Source of the DNA: an uncultured Methanosarcinales archaeon
Lineage (GTDB): Archaea; Halobacteriota; Methanosarcinia; Methanotrichales; Methanotrichaceae
Direction of reading: 5' to 3'
Assembly (NCBI GenBank): GCA_963843555.1
Contig: CAWJKV010000002.1
Span: 64,001-128,000 of the forward strand
DNA: 64,000 bases
Of the stretch, positions 1-9,790 are shown piece by piece (position 1 is the first letter of the stretch; each line of letters opens with the position of its first letter). The position numbers were made by a program, and so were the translations under genes. The notes beneath the pieces were generated by a model. It saw only the letters and a list, made by a program, of their open reading frames with translations. It was not told the origin of the DNA and searched no databases.

Positions 1-1
1 T

Positions 2-607
2 CTATCGGAGAGCGAGCAGGAAGCCACGGCCGTGCTGGATGAAAGAGGATCCAGATACATAATTGTGGATTATGACCTGATCTTCAGCAAGCTTGCCGGT
101 CTCACCAGCTGGGCGAATGAGGATATCGATAGCTACAGGAAAAGGGAGAAAAATGGTTCGCAAAGTATAATCCAACCACTGGGAAGATTCAACAATACAA
201 CATTAGCAAAGCTTTATTTCCTCGATGGCTCGAACACAGATCACTTCCGCTTGATCTATGAATCGAAGACATCTTTTGGAGAACGGCCGGCCAAGAGCAA
301 GGTCAAGATCTTTGAGTACGTTCCTGGAGCATTGATAAAAGTTCGAGCCGGGCCGGACCAGAGGATAATTGCCTTACTTAATATGACCTCCAATCAGGGA
401 AGACCCTTCGTTTATGTAAACGAGGCCGAGCTAAAAGGGGGCTCATTTGAGGTGAGAGTGCCCTATTCTACAGAAAGCCGGTATGGATGCCGTGCTATTG
501 ATCCGTATTTGGTCCTTTCCGGGGACAAATACTCTGTGAAGACATTAGACCTCAATGTGAGCGAGGACGATATAATTAATGGCAGAACCATTGAGCTCAC
601 GTTCTAG
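2..607 (+). CDS. aglB: C-terminal part of archaeal oligosaccharyltransferase (STT3/AglB); 5' end lies outside the window
   Basis: Frame is open from base 2 (LSESEQEATAVLDERGSRYII). Motifs LYFLDG..HFRLIYES and VKIFEYVPGA are typical of euryarchaeal AglB C-termini. Confidence 0.85.
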   Translation, partial: LSESEQEATAVLDERGSRYIIVDYDLIFSKLAGLTSWANEDIDSYRKREKNGSQSIIQPLGRFNNTTLAKLYFLDGSNTDHFRLIYESKTSFGERPAKSKVKIFEYVPGALIKVRAGPDQRIIALLNMTSNQGRPFVYVNEAELKGGSFEVRVPYSTESRYGCRAIDPYLVLSGDKYSVKTLDLNVSEDDIINGRTIELTF

Positions 608-680
608 TGCTCAGTAACATTAATTTTGCAAATCAGATGCAGCAATTCTTGAAGAGCTGAATTTGTTGGGACGGATCAGT

Positions 681-850
681 ATGATAAAGACAGCGAGAGT
701 TTATAGCAGCGGTGGAGAGAGCGGTTACAGAATACTTGTCGACCGACTTTGGCCGAGAGGAGTGAGCAAAGAAGACGCAAATCTTGATTTGTGGTTGAAA
801 GAGATTGGACCGAGCAACGAACTTAGAAAATGGTTTGGGCACGATCCGGA
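681..850 (+). pseudogene. Truncated DUF488 (YeaO-like) protein
   Basis: [50 protein letters not shown] is the DUF488 N-terminal half. Similarity stops after HDP, where the sequence becomes the antisense of another gene. Confidence 0.8.
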
Positions 851-1275
851 GTATCCCAGAATCTTATGTGCTGTCCTGATCCGGGCCCTATCTTTTACCA
901 TCAGGCTGGGAACAAGTTGAAGTATTACAATGAGAAGGAGGATAAATCCCAGTCTTCCGTGAACCGAAGTCATTAATGGCACTTCGTGCTACATCTTTAT
1001 CAAAAGTCCATAAAGTAACGTTCCCAGAATGAAAGTGCCAAAATATATGCTGATCTTTTTGTGAAGCGGGAAAAGATCCGTTCGCTTCTTCTCTATCCTT
1101 CCTTTGAGCATAGCCCCTGTGACGAGAGCTGAAATCATCAGCACCAGGCTTAGCAAAGCTTGAAGGCGTGACCGATCCAGCTATCATAGATTTGCGCCAA
1201 TCCGGCTATGGCTAAGAGTATAGCAAACCCGATATATGTATCCGGTATATTCGACCTGCTCTTTGATTCTGGCAT
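847..1275 (-). pseudogene. Degraded small multi-TM membrane protein (His-containing, DUF4079/cytochrome b561-like)
   Basis: MPESKSRS..IGHAF, then a frameshift near 1160 into [59 protein letters not shown]. In-frame TAG at 989-991. Confidence 0.55.
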
Positions 1276-1439
1276 TCGAATTCCTCTATTGCCATCATCT
1301 TCTTGTATATCAAAATATTTAAAAATTTTCCTTCTTAGGTTAACTATGCTGCCAAATTCCGTCGTCACCGGTTTACTAGAGTCAAGCATGGAGTTTTAAA
1401 GGTGCGCCTCTCGTCCTGCATCCATAACATCCAACCGGG

Positions 1440-1637
1440 AATGGGATCTCGGGTTAAAAGAAGAACAAGAGTAGTAGGCGCATTTCCCAGAGATCAATCA
1501 TTCATGGGGCTTGGCGTATCGATACTAATAGATATTATTGAAGAGTGGATGACAACTAGAAAGTATTTATCCAATGGACGCGGATTGATGTGTGGGATAA
1601 CAGGGCCGTCAATTTACAGAAAATTCGGCACACTACC
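1440..1637 (+). mobile_element. IS256-family remnant (transposase C-terminus plus right end)
   Basis: RVKRRTRVVGAFPRDQSFMGLGVSILIDIIEEWMTTRKYL matches the IS256 transposase C-terminus. It is followed by the terminal sequence TTTACAGAAAATTCGGCACACTACC, which recurs at 46929-46983. Confidence 0.8.
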
Positions 1638-1684
1638 ATGCCAAACATTCGGGACACTACAACTAACTGGATTTCGTGATAACA

Positions 1685-2527
1685 ATGGACAGAAATAACA
1701 GAGTGAACGAGGAAACAAAGGAATATTATGATAGCGCACAAATTTTATATAACCTCTTTTGGTCCGATAAAGCATTACACTATGGTTTTTGGGAGGATGG
1801 AACCAAAGATTTATCAGAAGCTATCGAAAATACAAACAGATTTGTTTCTAAATTGCTGAATCTCCAGAAAAAAGATTATGTTCTGGATGCAGGCTGTGGT
1901 ACAGGTGGTTCCTCAATCTTCATGGCAGAGAATTTTGGTGTTAAGTTGATAGGCGTAACATTATCTCCCATACAGATCAAGCAAGCAAGAAAAAATGCAG
2001 GAAAACTGAAACTCGATAATTTAATTAATTTTAAACTTATGGATTTTAATAAAATGGAATTCAAGAATGAAACATTTACAAAAATTTTTGGCATAGAGAG
2101 CGTTTGTCATGCAGATAATAAATCCCATTTTTTAAGAGAAGCATACAGGATTTTAGAGCCTGGTGGTAGAATAGTTATAGCGGATGGTTTTCTAATCAGG
2201 AATAATCTCACAAAAAAAGAGAAAGAGATTTACAATAAATGTTTAAAAGGATGGAAAGTTGCAAACCTATCAAACAAAGCAGATTTCTGGGATGATTTGA
2301 TTAAGACCGGTTTTAAAAATATAAGGTTCTACGATAAGACTGATGAAATTATACCTTCCAGCAATAGAATCGCATTGTATGGTAGTTTGTTCTTCCCAAT
2401 TAGCCTAGTTCTAAGTAAAGCAAGATTAATATCAAAAAGCCTTCATGAAAATTCGATTTGCATGATAAATCAAAAGAAAACATTTGGAAATTTTACTATT
2501 TACGGAGTATTTGTTGCAGAAAAGTGA
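1685..2527 (+). CDS. Class I SAM-dependent methyltransferase (tocopherol/sterol/rebeccamycin-MT-like)
   Basis: LHYGFW, VLDAGCGTGGS, GVTLSPIQ, ESVCH and EAYRILEPGG motifs. Strongly AT-rich. Start taken at ATG 1685 (alternative GTG 1676). Confidence 0.85.
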   Translation: MDRNNRVNEETKEYYDSAQILYNLFWSDKALHYGFWEDGTKDLSEAIENTNRFVSKLLNLQKKDYVLDAGCGTGGSSIFMAENFGVKLIGVTLSPIQIKQARKNAGKLKLDNLINFKLMDFNKMEFKNETFTKIFGIESVCHADNKSHFLREAYRILEPGGRIVIADGFLIRNNLTKKEKEIYNKCLKGWKVANLSNKADFWDDLIKTGFKNIRFYDKTDEIIPSSNRIALYGSLFFPISLVLSKARLISKSLHENSICMINQKKTFGNFTIYGVFVAEK

Positions 2528-2530
2528 AAC

Positions 2531-2582
2531 GGCGGCGGCGCACCCCGCTTCAAGCAGGCGGGGCATGCGAAGCGCCGCCGCA
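2531..2582. repeat. GC-rich nested stem-loop immediately after the methyltransferase stop
   Basis: GCGGCGGCGC ... GCGCCGCCGC outer arms enclose a CCCCGCTT-caagc-AGGCGGGG inner hairpin. Confidence 0.6.
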
Positions 2583-2670
2583 TGAAGATGATACTAACTG
2601 ATCCATTGCTAAGTCGTTGACGTGAAATAAACCATACAAATTTATATTGTAGAACGTTGTCTATATAATT

Positions 2671-3121
2671 ATGGATGACAACACAAATTATGAACCTTTT
2701 TAAAAGCTCTGTCAGGTGCCGATCCTGTTCAAGCGAGGCGATTTGCAGCAGCTAGAGCTCTTGAGATCGGTTGGGGTGGTGTCTCAAAGGTTTCTGCAAT
2801 AACAGGATTGGCCCGAACCACCATTGATAAGGGCATTCAAGAGCTCAGGAATAAAGATGAATTGAAGCAACCAGAGCGGCTCCGTAAGCCAGGTGGTGGG
2901 CGGAAGAAGGCCGAAGACAAGGATCCAACTCTGATAAACCACCTTGATGCTATTATGAAGGAAAGTACGGCTGGCGATCCGATGAGTCTTCTCAGGTGGA
3001 CATACAAATCAACCTATGCCATAGCCGACGAGCTGCAGTTTAAAGGGCATAGTGTGAGCCACGATACAGTGAGACGTCTCTTGCAGGAAGGTGGCTATTC
3101 ACTTCAAGCCAATAAAAAAAC
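2671..3121 (+). pseudogene. ISAzo13-family transposase, 5' fragment, frameshifted and cut off by IS66
   Basis: RRFAAARALEIGWGGVSKVSAITGLARTTIDKGIQEL..RKPGGGRKK..GDPMSLLRWTYKST..GYSLQANKK. Frameshift in the T/A run near 2700. Ends at the IS66 left end. Confidence 0.8.
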
Positions 3122-4717
3122 GCAACTATTCAGCCACCCATTCATCAAATCCTAACAGATGGATCAATCCAGATAATTCCACTCATCGTCACAATCAGGC
3201 ATATCCATTTCTTTGAGTCGCGAAGATATTTTAGCGGTTTATGAGGAAGGTCCTGAAGCAGTTGTTGCACTCGTGCAAACCCTTTGCTTAATCAAATAAA
3301 CAAGCAGCAAGGATCGCTGAACTAGAGGAGAGGGTAAAATCATTGGAGGATCAAATCAATAAAAACAGCCGCAATAGCAGCAAACCTCCCTCTACAGATA
3401 CCTTTAAAAAGATAAAAGGCCAGCGCAAGCCGAGTGGTAAACCTGTAGGCGGTCAGAAAGGGCATAAGGGACACACTCTCGAAATGGCGGAAAATCCCGA
3501 TCATGTGATCGTTCATCCGGTTACCAAATGCGAATCTTGCGGTCGGTCTCTGTGCGATACAGAAGTCGCAAGTTATGAACGGCGTCAGGTATTCGACTTG
3601 CCGCCTATCAAAGTGGAAGTATTCGAACATCAGGCTGAGAGAAAGATTTGCCCCAATTGCGGCTGCCTCAACAAAGCTACCTTTCCCAAGGAAGTTGCAT
3701 ATCCTGTTCAATATGGAACTCGTTTGAAATCTGTTGCCACCTATCTAAATCAATATCAGCTCGTGCCCTTTGATCGATTGAGTGAGACTTTCGTTGATCT
3801 CTTCAGCCATCGTTTAAGCCAGAGTACTCTGATTGACATAAATCGTGCCTGTTACGACATCTTGGAGCCTGTCGAAGAGGCCATCAAACAACAGTTAATT
3901 GCATCGCCTGTTATTTGCCTTGATGAAACCGGCATGCGTATCGAAGGAAAGAGAAAATGGTGCCATGTGGTTTCAACCGAGAACCTGACTTATTATGCCG
4001 CAAATTCCCGTCGCGGATCTAAGGCCAACGAGGATATGGGAATACTGCCGGTCTATAGCGGAACAGCTATGCATGATGGCTGGAGCTCTTATTTCAAATT
4101 CAAATGCAAGCACGCACTCTGCAATGCACATCATATTAGAGATCTGCTCTTCATTCATGAAGAAGATAAACAGAATTGGGCCAAAGATTTGATCGATCAG
4201 CTGATTGACATTAAGACTACAGTGGATCGCAGAAAGCCAATCTATTGCAAATTGGATCTCGCCGAGATAAATGATTTCGAAGAAAGATACGATCACATAA
4301 TCGAAAGGGCTAAGCTCGAAAATCCTCCCCTAATCGCCTCCAATTCACAGGGGCCGATCAAAAAACGTGGAAAAAAGAAAAAGACGAAGGCCCAAAATCT
4401 GTTGGAGAGATTGGACAAGTATCGGAGAGAGGCTTTGGCCTTCATGTATGACTTTGAGGTTCCATTTGACAATAATCTGGCGGAGAGGGATATAAGAATG
4501 ATGAAAGTCCAGCAGAAAATCTCAGGCACCTTTAGAAGCTGGGAGGGAGCGAGAATTTTTTGCCGCATTAGAGGGTATATCTCTACGGTCAAAAAGAACT
4601 CCATTTCAGTTATCGACGCTATTCAAGGTGCCTTTGAAGGGAAGCCATTCATTCCTGGGAGAACTTTGATTGCGGTCTGAATTCTTAATGATTTAGTGGG
4701 TAGGGCTGAATAGTTAC
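3122..4717 (+). mobile_element. IS66-family element (single-transposase type)
   Basis: Terminal inverted repeats GCAACTATTCAGCC (3122) and GGCTGAATAGTTAC (ends 4717). No matching target-site duplication on the flanks. Confidence 0.9.
3213..4680 (+). pseudogene. IS66 transposase with a frameshift near its 5' end (long ORF 3343-4680)
   Basis: NSRNSSKPPS, GGQKGHKG, Zn-binding Cys pairs, DETG, HDGW, CNAHHIR and FDNNLAERDIR motifs. The N-terminus (LSREDILAVYEEGPEAVV, TTG 3213) is in a different frame from the main ORF, with the shift near 3290-3300. Confidence 0.85.
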
Positions 4718-4772
4718 AAATAATATTATGAGTTTTTAGTATTTATACCTCACTCGATTCGCTCCCTTGTCA

Positions 4773-6827
4773 TTACATCTTCAGCAACTTCGCATTTATT
4801 GCTACAATTACAGTGCTGGCGCTCATCAAAATTGCACCGACGGCAGGGCTGAGAAGTATGCCGTAGCTGTAGAGGACCCCCGCCGCCAGAGGAATGGCTA
4901 TAGCGTTATATCCCGTTGCCCACATCAGGTTCTGGTACATCTTGGTGTAAGTCTTCTTCGATAGACTGACTATATTTGCTACATCCCTGGGGTCGTTCCG
5001 AACGAGAACTATGTCCGCCGACTCGACAGCTACATCCGTTCCTGCTCCGATGGCAATTCCCACATCTGCCTGCGCCAGAGCGGGAGCGTCGTTGACTCCG
5101 TCGCCAACCATGGCTACGGTGTATTCTTTCTGAACTTTCTTTATGGCCTGGGCCTTTTCATGAGGCAATACTTCAGCAAAAAAATCGTCCAGGCCGAGAT
5201 CTTCCGCTACCCAACTGGCCACAAAACGGCTGTCTCCAGTGAGCATCATGCACTTGATGTTCATCGACTTCAGCTTATCGATGGCCTCCCTGGATTCCTT
5301 TCTTACGATGTCGGCCAGGGCCACGGCCCCTATGAGCCTGTTTTCTTGCAGCAGGAAAACGACTGTTTTTCCCTGCTGCGCCAGCTTATCCAATCTCTCA
5401 TCCTTGAGATCGATATTGTTCTTACTCAAATATCCAGGACTCACTACCATCCATCTCATACCCATGACCTGAGCCTCAACTCCAATCCCTGGAATTGCTC
5501 TGAACTCATGAATAGGGACAGGCTCGATACCTTTCTCTTTTTGGCTGCTTACAATTCCTGCCGCAATGGAATGTTCTGAATTCGCTTCCAATGATGCGGT
5601 CATTCTCAAGACTTCAGTCTCGTTCAGATCTGCAAGGGGCACGATATCGGTGACCCCAAACCGGCCTTCGGTCAAAGTTCCTGTCTTGTCGAAGACTACT
5701 GCCTGAATGTCTCTGGCTTTCTCAAAGGCGGACCTGTCTCTTATCAGCAGACCGGATTTCGCAGCCAAAGAGGTAGAGACGGCAACTACAAGAGGAACCG
5801 CAAGCCCCAGAGCATGAGGACAGGAAATAACCATCACAGTAACAGCCCTCTCGACGGCAAACGCAGAATCTCTGCTATAGTAAAGCCAGGCGACCAGAGT
5901 AATAGCACCGACGCTGAGAGATATAATTGTGAGCCAGCGGGCTGCATTGTCGGCCAGATCCTGAGTCTTTGACTTGCTCTCCTGAGCCTTCCTGACCAGT
6001 TCGATTACCTGATTGAGGTAAGTCTCAGAGCCAATTTTTCTTACCTCTACCGATATCGAGCCCTCACCGTTGATGGACCCACCTATCACTTTATCCTCGG
6101 CTCTTTTCGTGACCGGCCTGGATTCGCCTGTGAGCATTGACTCGTTGACGCTCGTCTCTCCTTCAATAACGGCTCCATCGACAGGTATCTTCTCTCCGGG
6201 CAAAACCCGGACTCTGTCACCGGGTTTCAGAGTCTCAACCCTGACGTCCATCATCTGACCGTCTTTCATCAAATGGGCAACAGATGGCATTATCTTTACC
6301 AGCTCCTCCAGTGCCCGGGAAGCTCCCATGATAGACCGCATCTCGATCCAGTGGCCGAGGAGCATGATGTCTATGAGCGTCGCCAGCTCCCAGAAGAAGA
6401 CTTCTCCTTTCAGTCCAAAGACTACTGCGGTGCTGTAGAAATAAGCGGCACTGATGGCCGTGGCGATCAGAGTCATCATGCCGATGTTTCTGTCTTTGAT
6501 CTCTTTGAAAAAGCCCTTCAGGAAAGGATAGCCTCCATAGAAGTACACAAACGTAGAGAGCAGGAAGAGCAAAAAGATGGAGCCGGGAAACTCCAGTTTG
6601 AATCTCAAAAGGTCCTGGATAAAGAGAGAGAGAGCAAGGATAGGGATGGTCAAAATCAGGGATATGATGAATCTTTTCTTGAAGTCTTCTGTTACATGGC
6701 CCTCATGTCTGCCTCGGTGCATTTCGTGGGGTCTGCCAGGGAGCGGGCCCATCTCGTGCCTCTTATGTTCTTCGTCCGGTTCATTCATCGTTTGGCCTCC
6801 AGTAACGCCATGCATTTTATGATCCAT
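4773..6827 (-). CDS. copB: P1B-type copper-translocating ATPase (CopB type)
   Basis: His-rich N-terminus, [30 protein letters not shown] and [11 protein letters not shown]. Confidence 0.92.
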   Translation of the reverse strand: MDHKMHGVTGGQTMNEPDEEHKRHEMGPLPGRPHEMHRGRHEGHVTEDFKKRFIISLILTIPILALSLFIQDLLRFKLEFPGSIFLLFLLSTFVYFYGGYPFLKGFFKEIKDRNIGMMTLIATAISAAYFYSTAVVFGLKGEVFFWELATLIDIMLLGHWIEMRSIMGASRALEELVKIMPSVAHLMKDGQMMDVRVETLKPGDRVRVLPGEKIPVDGAVIEGETSVNESMLTGESRPVTKRAEDKVIGGSINGEGSISVEVRKIGSETYLNQVIELVRKAQESKSKTQDLADNAARWLTIISLSVGAITLVAWLYYSRDSAFAVERAVTVMVISCPHALGLAVPLVVAVSTSLAAKSGLLIRDRSAFEKARDIQAVVFDKTGTLTEGRFGVTDIVPLADLNETEVLRMTASLEANSEHSIAAGIVSSQKEKGIEPVPIHEFRAIPGIGVEAQVMGMRWMVVSPGYLSKNNIDLKDERLDKLAQQGKTVVFLLQENRLIGAVALADIVRKESREAIDKLKSMNIKCMMLTGDSRFVASWVAEDLGLDDFFAEVLPHEKAQAIKKVQKEYTVAMVGDGVNDAPALAQADVGIAIGAGTDVAVESADIVLVRNDPRDVANIVSLSKKTYTKMYQNLMWATGYNAIAIPLAAGVLYSYGILLSPAVGAILMSASTVIVAINAKLLKM

Positions 6828-6976
6828 GTTGATCTCTGGCGATTCAGATGCTTCTTTTCTCAGAATAGCTCTTCCAACAGTCCAAATACATTATAGGATG
6901 GCGAGAGATTTAATTCTTCTCAAAGAGATGCCTGGGAAGATCTATAAGCTTCCAAGTCATTGAGTTTAATGATTGC

Positions 6977-7825
6977 ATGCCGAAGACTAGTAGCTCTCAG
7001 ATGAAAAGGGCCACCCGGAGCCATTTGATGCTTCTGGCTCTCCTGGCTGTGCTCCTCTATGCAGCACCGATATCAGCAGAGAAGGCAGGAACAGATTCTG
7101 TCAATACCAGCACCATCCCGATCTTCGGCTACAGGATAATCAATACTTATCCACATGATCCCTCTGCCTTCACGCAGGGCCTGGTCTATGATGACGGCGT
7201 CTTCTATGAAGGAACGGGACTGTATGGCCAATCGACCTTACGCCGCGTTGACCTCAAGACTGGTCAGGTTCTGCAGCAAACCAACCTGTCAAGTGAATTT
7301 TTCGGTGAAGGGATTGCCATCTGGAAAGACCGCCTCATCCAGCTCACCTGGCAGTCCAATCTGGGCTTTGTCTATGGCAAAGAGAATCTGACCCGGATCG
7401 GGAACTTCAGCTACCAGACAGAAGGCTGGGGCATAACCTCTGATGGAAAAAGTCTGATCATGAGCGATGGCACAGATACTCTGAGCTTTCTGGACCCGGT
7501 TACCTTCTCAAAAGTTGGGGAGCTAAGAGTTGCAGCCAAAGGCATGCCTGTGAAAGGTTTGAATGAACTGGAGTACATCAACGGAGAGATCTATGCCAAT
7601 ATATGGCCGAGCAACTCGATCATCATCATAGCTCCTGATACCGGTTTGGTTGTAGGCAGCATAAACCTGAAAGGGATTCTGTTGGAAAGTGATATCGAGG
7701 GGCATAAGGTGGATGTGCTAAATGGCATAGCCTATGATGCGTCAGAAGACCGGCTCTTCGTGACTGGAAAGTTGTGGCCCAAACTCTTCGAGATCAAGCT
7801 GGTAGCAGGGGATGAGGAACCTTAA
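6977..7825 (+). CDS. Secreted glutaminyl-peptide cyclotransferase (plant/bacterial beta-propeller type)
   Basis: Signal peptide, then YPHDPSAFTQGL, YEGTGLYG, FFGEG, EGWG, LNELEY, VLNGIAYD and VTGKLWP. Confidence 0.92.
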   Translation: MPKTSSSQMKRATRSHLMLLALLAVLLYAAPISAEKAGTDSVNTSTIPIFGYRIINTYPHDPSAFTQGLVYDDGVFYEGTGLYGQSTLRRVDLKTGQVLQQTNLSSEFFGEGIAIWKDRLIQLTWQSNLGFVYGKENLTRIGNFSYQTEGWGITSDGKSLIMSDGTDTLSFLDPVTFSKVGELRVAAKGMPVKGLNELEYINGEIYANIWPSNSIIIIAPDTGLVVGSINLKGILLESDIEGHKVDVLNGIAYDASEDRLFVTGKLWPKLFEIKLVAGDEEP

Positions 7826-7957
7826 GCCCTTAAAATAAAGAAAATAAAAAAAAAGTTTTGCCACGGATCTCCGGGCGTTCTAAGAGAGCTGGATGAGATC
7901 TTCCCTGCTCCCGTGGGGCCAAGACCACTACTATGCGGCACAAAAGGGAACAGAAAT

Positions 7958-8179
7958 CTAATCTTGTTCTCCCTCGTATTTGAAGGAGAGCCGAACTTTA
8001 GCCCTGTATTCTGCGATCTTTCCATTCTCCAGCCTCACATCCAGCTCCTTGACCTCTGCAATGCGTAGGTCTCTGAGAGTCTTTGTGGCCCTGTCGACAA
8101 CAGTCTTAACAGCTTCTTCCCAGCTGGTCTTCGAGGTTCCGATAAGCTCTATTACTTTGTATACATCTCCATCAGACAT
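7958..8179 (-). CDS. Dodecin family flavin-binding protein
   Basis: VYKVIELIGTSKTSWEEAV..KTLRDLRIAEV..YRAKVRLSFKY. Confidence 0.92.
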   Translation of the reverse strand: MSDGDVYKVIELIGTSKTSWEEAVKTVVDRATKTLRDLRIAEVKELDVRLENGKIAEYRAKVRLSFKYEGEQD

Positions 8180-8313
8180 TGTCTATCACTCCTAAAATTC
8201 TAAACTATAATTGGCTTTTCTAATTGATATAGCTTGCTAAGAATAATTGAAAGCGCGAAATCGGGCACCAAAAACCTGAAATAATATCCAATCTCCTTGG
8301 CCACCAGTAGGAG

Positions 8314-9705
8314 ATGCCGATCTTGACAAGGGATTTTTGCAGAGTGCCGACAAACGACTCACATTCCGGCGAGGCTGTGGGAATCGATGATCTATCCGTT
8401 TATGTGCCCGGGCTCTTCCTTCCGCTAGCTGGAGAGTTCTCCCTGGATAGAGGCATCGATCCTGGCAAGCTGATCAAAGGAATCGGCATTGAACGCATGG
8501 CTGTCCCTGATGCTCATGAGGATGCTGCCACCATGGCTGCCATGTCTCTCCTGGATCTGATGCGGCGATGCGACCTGGTCCCGGAAGATATCGGCAAGAT
8601 TTACGTGGGAACAGAGTCTGCTGTTGATGAAGCTAAGGCCATGGGAACCTACGTCATCGGCATGCTAGAGAAGGTCTACGGAAAAGGCTCTTTTCAGAAT
8701 TGTTCCACAGTGGAGTTCAAATCAGCCTGCATCGGCACAACCTTTGCCCTGGAGAGCCTCAGCTATTGGGCAGCAGCCGAGGAGGAAGACAAAGTGGGAA
8801 TTGTCATAGCCTCGGATGTGGCCAAATACCCGCTGCGTTCTGCAGGCGAGTACACTCAGGGAGCGGGAAGCGTTGCCCTGCTTCTGAAAAAGAAACCCCG
8901 GCTCGCCAGGCTGGAGCAGATCTATGGATGCTTCACCAGGGACGAGAACGACTTCTTCCGGCCTATGGGGTGCGCAACTGCGATTGTTAATGGAAAGCAC
9001 AGCAACCAGTGCTATCTGGACGCTATGCAGGGAGCCTTCGATTCGTTCGCAAGAAAAGCCGCTCGATCAGGCGCAATAACTCCGAAGGATGGAGAATGCG
9101 TCACAGATTTTATGGACCACTTTCTGTTCCATATCCCCTATCCAAGAATGGTCGAGTATGCTTCGGCCGCCGTCTTCAAGCATGACTGGCTGGGGTGCCG
9201 GAGAGGGCAGGACGTAGAGAAGGAGATCGGAAAAGAGCCTGTTGCCCGAGGCTATGGAGATCCGGAGTTGTATCAGGCTGCAAAGGCCGATTATGCTCGC
9301 CGGTTCGCCCGCTCGAAGCAATTTCAGGAGGCATATCATGCCAAGGTTGCTGATACGGCTGCGCTTTCCCGCTCAGTGGGAAATATTTATACCGGATCGA
9401 TCTACCTGGGCCTGGCCAGCCTTTTGGAACTGCAGAAGATTCGAGCCGGGGAGAGGTTGTGCTTTGGGGCTTATGGGAGCGGATGCTCGGCGCTCGTCTT
9501 CTCGGCCATTGTGCAGCCAGAGGCCACATCTGTTCCTTTGAGGAGGATTGTCAAGCGGCTGGAAGAGAGACGTCAGATATCGCTGCGGGAGTATGAGCTA
9601 CTTCATGAAGGAATGAAGGAAAAAAGCCTGGCCGAGCCCTCAAAGGAGTTTGCTCTGGCAAGCATTGACCATCAGGGATACAGGCATTATGAATATATTA
9701 ATTGA
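8314..9705 (+). CDS. mvaS: Hydroxymethylglutaryl-CoA synthase (long bacterial/haloarchaeal type)
   Basis: GIDD, IYVGTESAVDEAK, EFKSAC (catalytic Cys), GEYTQGAG, DFFRP, FHIPY, GNIYTGSIY and YGSG motifs. Confidence 0.88.
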   Translation: MPILTRDFCRVPTNDSHSGEAVGIDDLSVYVPGLFLPLAGEFSLDRGIDPGKLIKGIGIERMAVPDAHEDAATMAAMSLLDLMRRCDLVPEDIGKIYVGTESAVDEAKAMGTYVIGMLEKVYGKGSFQNCSTVEFKSACIGTTFALESLSYWAAAEEEDKVGIVIASDVAKYPLRSAGEYTQGAGSVALLLKKKPRLARLEQIYGCFTRDENDFFRPMGCATAIVNGKHSNQCYLDAMQGAFDSFARKAARSGAITPKDGECVTDFMDHFLFHIPYPRMVEYASAAVFKHDWLGCRRGQDVEKEIGKEPVARGYGDPELYQAAKADYARRFARSKQFQEAYHAKVADTAALSRSVGNIYTGSIYLGLASLLELQKIRAGERLCFGAYGSGCSALVFSAIVQPEATSVPLRRIVKRLEERRQISLREYELLHEGMKEKSLAEPSKEFALASIDHQGYRHYEYIN

Positions 9706-9790
9706 TAGAGATTGATATTATTCATGAGGATTCCTATAATAGCCCGCCGCAGATGCGGCAACTTGAGGAAGCGACGAGAAGCAAAGGACA

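Noticed and set aside
989..991. In-frame TAG as pyrrolysine codon
   Set aside because: The same gene also has a frameshift and truncation, so ordinary decay is simpler.
2525..2590. Integron attC site after the methyltransferase
   Set aside because: The hairpin lacks a GTTRRRY box pairing with an RYYYAAC box, and no integrase or second cassette is present.
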